Source: Lachnospiraceae bacterium
GTDB lineage: Bacteria; Bacillota; Clostridia; Lachnospirales; Anaerotignaceae
Assembly: GCA_019422065.1 (NCBI GenBank)
Contig: JAHZEA010000005.1
Span: 82,941 to 146,940, forward strand
Reading direction: 5' to 3'
DNA: 64,000 bases
Under the pieces are notes generated by a model, which did no database searches, was not told the DNA's origin, and worked only from the letters and a program-made list of their open reading frames with translations. Shown one piece after another: positions 19,757 through 28,033 of the stretch. Position 1 is the first letter of the stretch, and each line of letters starts with the position of its first letter. The translations under genes and the position numbers were made by a program.

Positions 19757-20560
19757 TTAAAATCCTTCTATATTAATAACTCTTGTGGCAAAATTTCTAC
19801 CCAAAGCCTGACGGCAAATCCTGCTGAACATTTCCGTTTGGTCACTTACATAAAACTCGTTTTCAGGCTCTCTTTCTTTAAGCCGCGCCATATCGTTTTT
19901 TAAAAGATAATCTTTTAAAACAAGTGCCGTTTCATAAGCCGGGTCAACAAGTGTTACATTTGGCCCTACGGCTTTTTTAATACATTCCCTTAAAAGCGGA
20001 TAATGTGTACAGCCCATAACAATAGTATCTATATTTTTGGCCGTAAGCTCAGAAATATACTTTTTAGCCGTAAGCAGTGTAATTTCTTCATTTACCCAGC
20101 CTTCTTCAGCCAGCGGCACAAAAAGCGGGCATGCCTTTGAGTATACTTTTACACTGCTGTTAATTTTAAGTATTTCTTTTTCATAGGCTCCACTTCTTAT
20201 AGTGGCTTCTGTAGCAATAACGCCTATGTTCCTATTCTGCGTAATCTTTGCTGCTTCAGCCGCTCCCGGCTCAACAACACCAAAAATAGGTATGTCAAAT
20301 GTGCTTTTAAGCTCATCAAGGCTATTGGAGCTTACAGTATTGCAGGCTATAACAACAGCTTTAACATTGCGGCTTAACAAAAAACGTATATCCTGTTTGG
20401 CAAATTTTGTTATTGTTTCTTTTGACTTGCTGCCATAAGGCACTCTTGCAGTATCTCCGAAATAAACTATAGCCTCGTTTGGAAGTTCTTTTATAACACG
20501 GCTTGTAACGGTAAGTCCGCCTACGCCGGAATCAAAAATACCTATAGGCCTGTTATCCAT
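19757..20560 (-). CDS. murI: glutamate racemase
   Basis: IGIFDSGVGGLTV, CNT and GCTHYP catalytic Cys motifs. Confidence 0.95.
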   Translation of the reverse strand: MDNRPIGIFDSGVGGLTVTSRVIKELPNEAIVYFGDTARVPYGSKSKETITKFAKQDIRFLLSRNVKAVVIACNTVSSNSLDELKSTFDIPIFGVVEPGAAEAAKITQNRNIGVIATEATIRSGAYEKEILKINSSVKVYSKACPLFVPLAEEGWVNEEITLLTAKKYISELTAKNIDTIVMGCTHYPLLRECIKKAVGPNVTLVDPAYETALVLKDYLLKNDMARLKEREPENEFYVSDQTEMFSRICRQALGRNFATRVINIEGF

Positions 20561-20572
20561 TAAATAACCTCC

Positions 20573-21631
20573 TTACTTGCCACAGCAGGCAAGTGATATA
20601 AGCTCATCAATAAGCTGTTCAATAGGTTTACCGGCACTTTCCCAAAGCTTAGGGTACATGCTTATTGATGTAAAACCAGGAAGTGTGTTAAGCTCGTTAA
20701 ATATAACCCTATTTGTGTCTTTTTCAACAAAAAAGTCAACTCTTGCAAGGCCTGAACCGTCTACAGCTTTGAATACTTTAAGAGCTGTTTTTCTTATTTC
20801 TTCTATAACACTCTCGTCAAGCTGTGCAGGGATAACTGTTTTTGACTCAGCATTGTTATATTTAGCGTCGTAGTCGTAGAACTCAGCAGCGGAGAATATT
20901 TCGCCTACTGTAGAAGCATCTGCCTTTTCAACACTGCCTAAAACAGCACACTCTACCTCATGTCCGTCAATAAATTCCTCAACAAGTATTTTTCTGTCGT
21001 GCTCAGATGCTAATTTAAGGCCACTTTCAAGCTCCTGTCTGTTATGCGCCTTTGTAATGCCTACAGAAGAACCTGCGTTAGCTGGTTTAATAAAGCAAGG
21101 ATAACCAAGTTTTTTCTCTATTTTGTTTAAAACTGATTTCTTTTCTATTTCATCTTTCATAACACAAACAAAATCAGCCTGATTTATTCTTGCGTTTTTA
21201 GCTATTATTTTTGTATAAACCTTATCCATAGAAACAGACGAACTTAAAACGCCGCAGCCTACATAAGGTATTTGTGCAAGCTCCAAAAGACCTTGAACTG
21301 TTCCGTCTTCACCCCATTTACCATGAAGAACAGGTATTACAACATCAACAGGTATTACTTTTGCCTTTGTGCCTACAATTTTAATAAGGCCCTTATGTGT
21401 TGCATCTGGGCTTAAAACAGCAGGTGTGCCGTATTTTTCCCATTCGCCATTTTTAATGTTTTCAACTGGACCATTATAAATCATCCACTTGCCTTCTTTT
21501 GTAATTCCTACAGGTATAACATAATATTTTGCCTGACTTATATTTGAAATTATAGTGGAGGCTGAAACTCTTGAAACTTCATGCTCTGATGACTGCCCGC
21601 CGAATAATACAACTATCGTTTTTTTATTCAA
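20573..21631 (-). CDS. ddl: D-alanine--D-alanine ligase
   Basis: LFGGQSSEHEVS and ATP-grasp motifs. The likely start is the TTG at 21629-21631, preceded by agaggg. The listed ORF adds ~39 non-homologous residues. Confidence 0.9.
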   Translation of the reverse strand: MNKKTIVVLFGGQSSEHEVSRVSASTIISNISQAKYYVIPVGITKEGKWMIYNGPVENIKNGEWEKYGTPAVLSPDATHKGLIKIVGTKAKVIPVDVVIPVLHGKWGEDGTVQGLLELAQIPYVGCGVLSSSVSMDKVYTKIIAKNARINQADFVCVMKDEIEKKSVLNKIEKKLGYPCFIKPANAGSSVGITKAHNRQELESGLKLASEHDRKILVEEFIDGHEVECAVLGSVEKADASTVGEIFSAAEFYDYDAKYNNAESKTVIPAQLDESVIEEIRKTALKVFKAVDGSGLARVDFFVEKDTNRVIFNELNTLPGFTSISMYPKLWESAGKPIEQLIDELISLACCGK

Positions 21632-21820
21632 AATTATCCCTCTTTCTTTAGCCGGCACATAAGCCGTTAATATTTTTATTATATTCAATTTGCGCATTAA
21701 TGACAACATAAATAAGGTAAAAACAGACTTAATTATACCACAAACCAAAAGTTATAAAACCAAAAATCAAAATTTATGTATTTTATACGTTCTTATTTAA
21801 TTGATTAATATTTTTAAACA

Positions 21821-21854
21821 CAAAAAATAAAGACGGAAACACAATATTTCCGCC
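21821..21854 (-). terminator. spoVT terminator
   Basis: On the minus strand, a ggcggaaa...tttccgtc stem is followed by tttatttttt. Confidence 0.6.
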
Positions 21855-21866
21855 TTTAAACATTAA

Positions 21867-22412
21867 TTACTGTTCCATTTGCTTTGCCAAAAATCCGGCT
21901 GCTGTCTGTGCCAATTTCCCCTCAATCTCACCCATTTTTTTGTCCTGTGATAAAAACATTACAGCGCCTATAACATCGCCTTCTGAAATAATAGGTGTTA
22001 CAAGCTGATAGTTATAGCTTTCGTCGCTTTCATCATCAAGAACCGGAACAAAGTTTCCGTCACTTCTTTTAGCATTAAGAGTGTTTCTTGAGTTAATACA
22101 CTCTTCCATAGCATCACTTATATGTTTTTCAAGGAAATCCTTTTTAGGTCCGCCGGATACAGCTATAATATGGTCTTTATCAAGTATACATGTTATATGT
22201 CCGGCTGTCTGTGCAAGACTTTCGGCATATTCTTTAGCAAAAGCACCAAGTTCCCCAACTGGCGAATATTTTTTAAGTATAATTTCGCCTTCTCTGTCTG
22301 TAAATATTTCTAAAGGGTCGCCCTCTCTAATTCTAAGAGTACGCCTTATTTCTTTTGGTATTACAATTCGACCAAGGTCGTCAATTCTTCTTACAATCCC
22401 TGTAGCTTTCAT
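21867..22412 (-). CDS. spoVT: stage V sporulation protein T (AbrB-type N-domain + GAF-like C-domain)
   Basis: MKATGIVRRIDDLGRIVIPKEIRRTLRIREGDPLEIF... Length of 181 aa matches SpoVT. Confidence 0.9.
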   Translation of the reverse strand: MKATGIVRRIDDLGRIVIPKEIRRTLRIREGDPLEIFTDREGEIILKKYSPVGELGAFAKEYAESLAQTAGHITCILDKDHIIAVSGGPKKDFLEKHISDAMEECINSRNTLNAKRSDGNFVPVLDDESDESYNYQLVTPIISEGDVIGAVMFLSQDKKMGEIEGKLAQTAAGFLAKQMEQ

Positions 22413-22561
22413 TCTACATCCTCCTGTATCTTTTTTAAACGGAATTCTAATTCCGTTCTTTTAATCTTTTTGTACTTGTAGTATTTGTATTGAGTAAAAA
22501 ATTATACAAAAAAGGAAGATACAAAGAGTTGTTGAATATTGGAAAAGTAATTCAGAATTAT
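22315..22561. repeat. left copy of a perfect 247-bp direct repeat (spoVT codons 1-33 + RBS + upstream region)
   Basis: Base-for-base identical to 37425-37671 at an offset of 15110. Confidence 0.95.
22479..22507 (-). promoter_or_regulatory. candidate forespore-type (sigmaF/G-like) promoter of spoVT
   Basis: Minus strand carries GTATA-N17-AATACTA. An overlapping TGTATAAT extended -10 is also present. This is a consensus resemblance only. Confidence 0.3.
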
Positions 22562-23172
22562 AGTTTAAATTATTTATAATTTAAGCTATAAAATGATTTT
22601 AAAGTAAATATCTACATTTTTTTGATTTTAAATGCTTTTCAGCTTACTGAGTTTTATTAAAAAGCTTTAGTTATCAAAAAATTTTTTAAGTCATTTATAT
22701 GTATCTCCTGCGTTAAAATTATAGACTTTAGATAGACAGAAGTGATTTTAACTAAACTAATTGGCTTAGAAAAAATGTCGTACTTTCAGATGTTATTTAT
22801 TAATTGTTTTCTTCCCTGCTCTATTTTTAAATTATTTTTGCTTGGACTAACAACAGAGCTAACAAGAAGATTTATAACAAGGGATATTGAAACAGAAACA
22901 GAGATTTTCCGATTATAGTTAAATAAATTTTGGACACAAAAAAACGGCTGAAACTTAAAGTTTTAACCGTTTTTAACATCATAGATAAATCCTTCTTATG
23001 TTACAAAATAAAATTGATTAAGTATTTTGAAGACAATATTAAAAGCATATATTTTATAAAATAAATATTATTAAAAATTTAAATTTTATCTTTTATAATC
23101 GATAAAATTTATATTTAAGTTGTTTTTATATTATAAACTGGATATACTATAATAAGAAAGGAGGCTTTCCCA

Positions 23173-24387
23173 ATGATTAAAAGAGAATTGTATATGAAAA
23201 AAATCCGACCTTTTATGGGCGGAGAACTTATTAAAGTAATGACCGGCATGAGAAGAAGCGGAAAGTCTGTAATGCTGGAACTTATTAAAGAAGAACTTGT
23301 GTTGCAGGGCATAGACCGAAATAACTTCATATCATTTAATTTTGAGGATATGCGTTATTCCAACATTCTTACATCCCAGGCACTGCATGACGAAATTATA
23401 AAACTTACAAAAAACATATCAGGAAAAGTATATCTGTTTTTTGATGAAATACAGGAAGTTGAAAACTGGGAAAAGTGCATTAACTCATTCAGAGTTGAGC
23501 TTGACTGCGACATATATATTACCGGCTCCAATGCCAAACTGCTTTCCGGCGAGCTTGCCACATATCTTGGCGGCAGATATGTGGAGTTTGTTATATACCC
23601 TTTTTCTTTTGCAGAATTTTCTCAAATGTATAACACAATATATCCCAATACACCAGAGGCTCAATGCTTTCAGAAATATTTAATATCCGGCGGTATGCCT
23701 TATCTTTCAAACCTCAGATATGAAGAAGAACCTTGCCGGCAGTATCTTACAGATTTATTTAATTCTGTACAGCTTAAGGATATATTAAAGCGCAACAAAA
23801 TACGTGATGTAGACCTTCTTGAACGCATTATTTCATACGTTATGGCAAACATAGGCAATACATTTTCGGCTACATCCCTTGTAAAATTTTTTAAAAGCGA
23901 AAACAGGGCTGTTTCTGCTGATACAGTGCTGAATTATATAAAATACTGCACAGACGCATATCTATTTTATCAGGTTAAGCGTCAGGACATTCAGGGAAAA
24001 CAGATACTTTCCACAAACGAAAAGTATTACATTGCAGACCACGGCATAAGAGAGGCTGTATATGGCTCAAACATGCGTGATATAAATCTTGTGCTCGAAA
24101 ACATTGTATTTATGGAGCTTATACGCCATGGATATACAGTAACTGTTGGAAAAAGCGGAGATAAAGAAGTTGACTTTGTATGCACAAAGCAAGCCAAAAA
24201 GCTTTATGTTCAGGTAACATACCTTTTGGCATCTGAAGAAACAATACAAAGGGAATTCGGTCCATTTAACAGCATACGGGACAATTTCCCTAAGTATGTT
24301 GTATCTCTTGATGAGTTTAATATGAGCCGTGATGGTATAAAACACTGCAACATAAGGGACTTTCTTTTAACGGAAGACTGGGAGTAA
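23173..24387 (+). CDS. AAA-type ATPase with C-terminal DUF4143-like domain
   Basis: Walker A GMRRSGKS and Walker B LFFDEIQ. The C-terminus (...GDKEVDFVCTK...LYVQVTY) lies where this family is predicted to have a restriction-endonuclease-like fold. Confidence 0.8.
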   Translation: MIKRELYMKKIRPFMGGELIKVMTGMRRSGKSVMLELIKEELVLQGIDRNNFISFNFEDMRYSNILTSQALHDEIIKLTKNISGKVYLFFDEIQEVENWEKCINSFRVELDCDIYITGSNAKLLSGELATYLGGRYVEFVIYPFSFAEFSQMYNTIYPNTPEAQCFQKYLISGGMPYLSNLRYEEEPCRQYLTDLFNSVQLKDILKRNKIRDVDLLERIISYVMANIGNTFSATSLVKFFKSENRAVSADTVLNYIKYCTDAYLFYQVKRQDIQGKQILSTNEKYYIADHGIREAVYGSNMRDINLVLENIVFMELIRHGYTVTVGKSGDKEVDFVCTKQAKKLYVQVTYLLASEETIQREFGPFNSIRDNFPKYVVSLDEFNMSRDGIKHCNIRDFLLTEDWE

Positions 24388-24394
24388 AGTATAA

Positions 24395-24430
24395 CCCCAC
24401 AGCTATAAAAAGCTGTGGGGGATTTAGTTT
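24395..24430 (+). terminator. terminator of the ATPase gene
   Basis: ccccacagc/gctgtgggg stem followed by T-rich sequence. Confidence 0.55.
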
Positions 24431-24456
24431 TATGTAATTATATTTTAATTTTTTAA

Positions 24457-26055
24457 TTCATAAAACAACTCTTGTTACTATTAATCTGATTATGATGCTA
24501 TAATCATTGGACACAGTCAGTTATTTCAAAACAATTCTTGTTACTATTAATCGGTGAGCAGTAGGCGGCACCTTGTCGCTGACAATAATTTCAAAACAAC
24601 TCTTGTTAATATTAATCCGCCTTAGGCGTCAGCCGCTCGGCTGTGGCAATGTAATTTCAAAACAACTCTTGTTACTATTAATCACAAAAGTTTGGTTTTG
24701 CACGCCAATAGAACGGGTATTTCAAAACAACTCTTGTTAGTATTAATCGGCTTATATTAGGTTTCCGAGGATGCCAGAAGAATTTCAAAACAACTCTTGT
24801 TAGTATTAATCTATGCAGCAGAAAATACCGGCACGGCTTGTACTTACATTTCAAAACAACTCTTGTTAGTATTAATCGGGCTTCATGCTTTAAAAGCAAT
24901 TAATCTATTTGAATTTCAAAACAACTCTTGTTAGTATTAATCTTCTCTTTTACTGCTATAATTGAGGAATTAAAATCATTTCAAAACAACTCTTGTTACT
25001 ATTAATCGTAAGTCAATAATAAGATAGTTTTTAATGTAGATTTGATTTCAAAACAACTCTTGTTACTATTAATCTACTATAACAATAGCAATATCGCCGC
25101 TGTCAACATCATTTCAAAACAACTCTTGTTACTATTAATCTTGTAATTTTGTCAGAGCCGTATTTTTCTCTTATCTCATTTCAAAACAACTCTTGTTACT
25201 ATTAATCCCCAAAAGCAAAGGAGTTTAAACGCTGGGTGACGAGATTTCAAAACAACTCTTGTTACTATTAATCCGCCTTTTTTGCAATAGAAAGACGGGT
25301 GATTAATAAATTTCAAAACAACTCTTGTTACTATTAATCATTATAATGTTGTTTATCAGCCACTTGCAAATTAATTTCAAAACAACTCTTGTTACTATTA
25401 ATCAACATTACCAAAATTTTTTGGAACACATACAACATTATTTCAAAACAACTCTTGTTACTATTAATCAAGTTCGCTCAGCTTTGTATAACTCATACAT
25501 CGTCTTATTTCAAAACAACTCTTGTTACTATTAATCAAAAGCTGCCCTTCGGCAGCTTAATTATTTGTTTTATTTCAAAACAACTCTTGTTACTATTAAT
25601 CATCTTTTCCCCCCAGTTTGTCCCCCCCATTAAAAATTTCAAAACAACTCTTGTTACTATTAATCTTGTTGTAAGCACGCCACTTGCAGACGCATATTTA
25701 TTTCAAAACAACTCTTGTTACTATTAATCCGCCGCACAATGTTCCAAACTGTGGTTTTATATTATTTCAAAACAACTCTTGTTACTATTAATCAAATGTT
25801 ATTTTCTTTTTTTCATCAGCACTCATACTATTTCAAAACAACTCTTGTTACTATTAATCGGCCGCCTGCCTGTCATTGGCTGCCCCTACATCATTTATTT
25901 CAAAACAACTCTTGTTACTATTAATCGTATACATAAAATACGCTAAGGCTTATGTGGGCGGATTTCAAAACAACTCTTGTTACTATTAATCGGTGGTATC
26001 TGCACTTTTTCTTGCTGTGGGTTCTATTTCAAAACAACTCTTGTTACTATTAATC
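24457..26055 (-). CRISPR. CRISPR array with 25 repeats of 30 nt and 24 spacers of 33-37 nt
   Basis: Plus-strand repeat is ATTTCAAAACAACTCTTGTTACTATTAATC. The transcribed sense is GATTAATAGTAACAAGAGTTGTTTTGAAAT, which has a type-I-like ...GAAAT 3' end. A degenerate terminal repeat lies at 24457-24486, and the leader and cas2 sit at the opposite end. Confidence 0.97.
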
Positions 26056-26219
26056 CCTTTGATTTTAAAAGATTTTCTAAACACTTTATGTTTAAAAATC
26101 CTTTATTTATCGAACTTCTTTAAATTTTTACCAACCTAAACCCATTTTTCATTATTTTCTGGTTTTTCTTTATTTATCAATGAATTTCAGCTTTTTATTT
26201 TTTTCGGCTGGTAAAAACA
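26056..26219 (-). promoter_or_regulatory. CRISPR leader
   Basis: 164-bp AT-rich non-coding stretch between the cas2 stop and the first consensus repeat. Polarity is inferred from the degenerate distal repeat. Confidence 0.6.
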
Positions 26220-26510
26220 TTATATTATCAAGTCTTCCCCTGTACTGTTTTTCTTGTTTCCAATAATTTCCTCGCCAAAAACATTGTCATTCTTCAACTT
26301 AATAATACAAACAAAATCTTCATCATTGCAAATGATTTTTTTCAAATCATTTTTCAAAGATATTAAATTAGAAGGTGTTATTTCTCCTCTAAAAACTGAA
26401 TATTGATAATGAGAAAGATATTTTTTGCATATTTTAAACACCTTCTGAACTCTTTTTTCCCCAACATCGTAAAAAAGAAATGCATAATTAAAATTAATTT
26501 GTTTTTTCAT
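26220..26510 (-). CDS. cas2: CRISPR-associated endoribonuclease Cas2
   Basis: 96 aa with a ferredoxin-like Cas2 pattern (YDV...RVQKV...LSHYQYSVF). Last gene of the operon. Confidence 0.9.
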   Translation of the reverse strand: MKKQINFNYAFLFYDVGEKRVQKVFKICKKYLSHYQYSVFRGEITPSNLISLKNDLKKIICNDEDFVCIIKLKNDNVFGEEIIGNKKNSTGEDLII

Positions 26511-27536
26511 TCAGAATCCTTCTTTTAGAGAAAATGGTATAAATTCTTTATCTTCTAGAATATATTTAATTAATTTATAACAATCCAGTTTTATAGCAGT
26601 TCTATAAGAAACATTTCGTTTTAACACAGCATGTTTAAAAACAGATTCAATTCTTGCTTCAAACGCTTCTATAAATATTTTTCTCCCTTCCTCGTTTAAT
26701 ACACAAAAGTTCAAATTTTTATCGAAATGTTTTTCAACCTGAATTCTTCTGTTATTTACTAATTCGAATATAGTTTTATATACAATAACTGGCTTAAATA
26801 CTTCACTTAAATCAAGGCTTAAAGAGAATCTTCTTTCCGTTGGCTGATGCAAAAAACTTATTCTTTGGTCCAAATGTGTTCTGTAAATTGCTGAAACTGT
26901 TTTTGTGTATAGCAATGTGTTTCCAAATGATATAAGTGCATTTATAGGATTATCTGGAGGACGCTTTACTCTTTTATTCATAATAAAGTCTTCTGGCAAA
27001 AAATATTTAAAATTAAAATAAAATTTCTCCCATAATTCACCCTCATAGCTCATAAGCTCATCTATTGCTTTTGCTTTGTTAACAGAAGCATAAAAGTTAT
27101 TTTTTATCCAGTCAATAGTTTGTTTTACTTCTTTTTTATCATGTTTATAATAGTGATATAGAACTTCATATATATTTTTTCCTATTCCGTTTACTATTGA
27201 TTTTGCAATATAAAGTCTTGATGTATTGAATTTTTCCACCTGTTTTATAAGAAGTTTGCCGCTAAGATATTGGTCTTTAGGATAAAAAGTCCCACTGTAG
27301 TATCCATAATAATTGAAAAAGTGCACTACAACATTATTACGGCTTAAAAAATCAAGAACTTTTGTATTTACAGAAATTTCACCCATACAATATATTTCTT
27401 TTGTATTTTCAATAGGAATATATACATTTTTTTCACCCTTGCGAAAACACAGCGAATTGTCTTTTCGAGATAACTCACCATTAGATGTTATATATCTTGT
27501 ACTACCCATTTTTAGCCCCTTTGTTATATGTAACAA
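26511..27536 (-). CDS. cas1: CRISPR-associated endonuclease Cas1
   Basis: ~330-340 aa, positioned between cas4 and cas2, with a Cas1-like C-terminal helical domain. The start may instead be the Met at 27509. Confidence 0.9.
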   Translation of the reverse strand: MLHITKGLKMGSTRYITSNGELSRKDNSLCFRKGEKNVYIPIENTKEIYCMGEISVNTKVLDFLSRNNVVVHFFNYYGYYSGTFYPKDQYLSGKLLIKQVEKFNTSRLYIAKSIVNGIGKNIYEVLYHYYKHDKKEVKQTIDWIKNNFYASVNKAKAIDELMSYEGELWEKFYFNFKYFLPEDFIMNKRVKRPPDNPINALISFGNTLLYTKTVSAIYRTHLDQRISFLHQPTERRFSLSLDLSEVFKPVIVYKTIFELVNNRRIQVEKHFDKNLNFCVLNEEGRKIFIEAFEARIESVFKHAVLKRNVSYRTAIKLDCYKLIKYILEDKEFIPFSLKEGF

Positions 27537-28015
27537 TATTCAAAATACGCGCATTTTTTACAGCTTCTGCTTTTAATTTTATCCGGAATAACATCTCCTT
27601 TAATTAAATTATCGATTTCTTTTATATATTCATCTAACTTCTGTTCAATCTCATTTGTAATTTCTAAAATAATTATTTTTTTATCTGATTTATTTTTTTC
27701 AACAAAATCAAGCCTGCCTTTTCTTATTATTCCTTTTTCTTTCAGTACTTTAAGATAAAATAAAAGCTGCCATTTTGCTGCCTCTATATCCGCATCAGAT
27801 TTTTTTACTTCAGTCAAATATTCTTTTGTAATTTTGTCAATGCGAATATTTTCAATTAAAATTTCTGTATTTTCATTTATATTTTTTTCTTCATGAATTG
27901 CCCGACCAATTTTAACAATCTCGCTGTTATCCTCAAGATTAAGTCTGTTTCCATGAAGATAGCACTGCCTTTTGCAATGAAAATAATAATTAATTAGAGT
28001 TCCGTTTACACGCAC
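27524..28015 (-). CDS. cas4: CRISPR-associated exonuclease Cas4
   Basis: 163 aa with an N-terminal Cys (YFHCKRQCY) and a C-terminal CKKCAYFEYC cluster, typical of the RecB-like Fe-S nuclease. Confidence 0.85.
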   Translation of the reverse strand: MRVNGTLINYYFHCKRQCYLHGNRLNLEDNSEIVKIGRAIHEEKNINENTEILIENIRIDKITKEYLTEVKKSDADIEAAKWQLLFYLKVLKEKGIIRKGRLDFVEKNKSDKKIIILEITNEIEQKLDEYIKEIDNLIKGDVIPDKIKSRSCKKCAYFEYCYI

Positions 28016-28033
28016 AAGAACACCTGCTTTATT

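Noticed and set aside
22081-22464. 127-aa and 63-aa plus-strand ORFs overlapping spoVT
   Set aside because: They are antisense to a well-supported SpoVT coding sequence and have no independent support.
22620-22634. 15-nt string ttttgattttaaatg shared with 34980-34994, considered as possible inner terminal repeats of the island
   Set aside because: It is a low-complexity A/T-rich 15-mer. The second copy is not at the island boundary and the flanks do not match, so it is consistent with chance.
25537-25571. Perfect hairpin aagctgcc-cttc-ggcagctt inside the array, considered as a terminator within the CRISPR transcript
   Set aside because: It lies wholly within one spacer and most likely reflects a protospacer taken from a terminator of the invader. 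There is no evidence that it functions here.
24678-25924. Four listed ORFs (24678-24899, 25325-25534, 25389-25727, 25715-25924) with recurring FKTTLVTIN / LILTRVVLK peptides
   Set aside because: They are translations of the CRISPR repeat itself repeated every ~66 nt, not genes.
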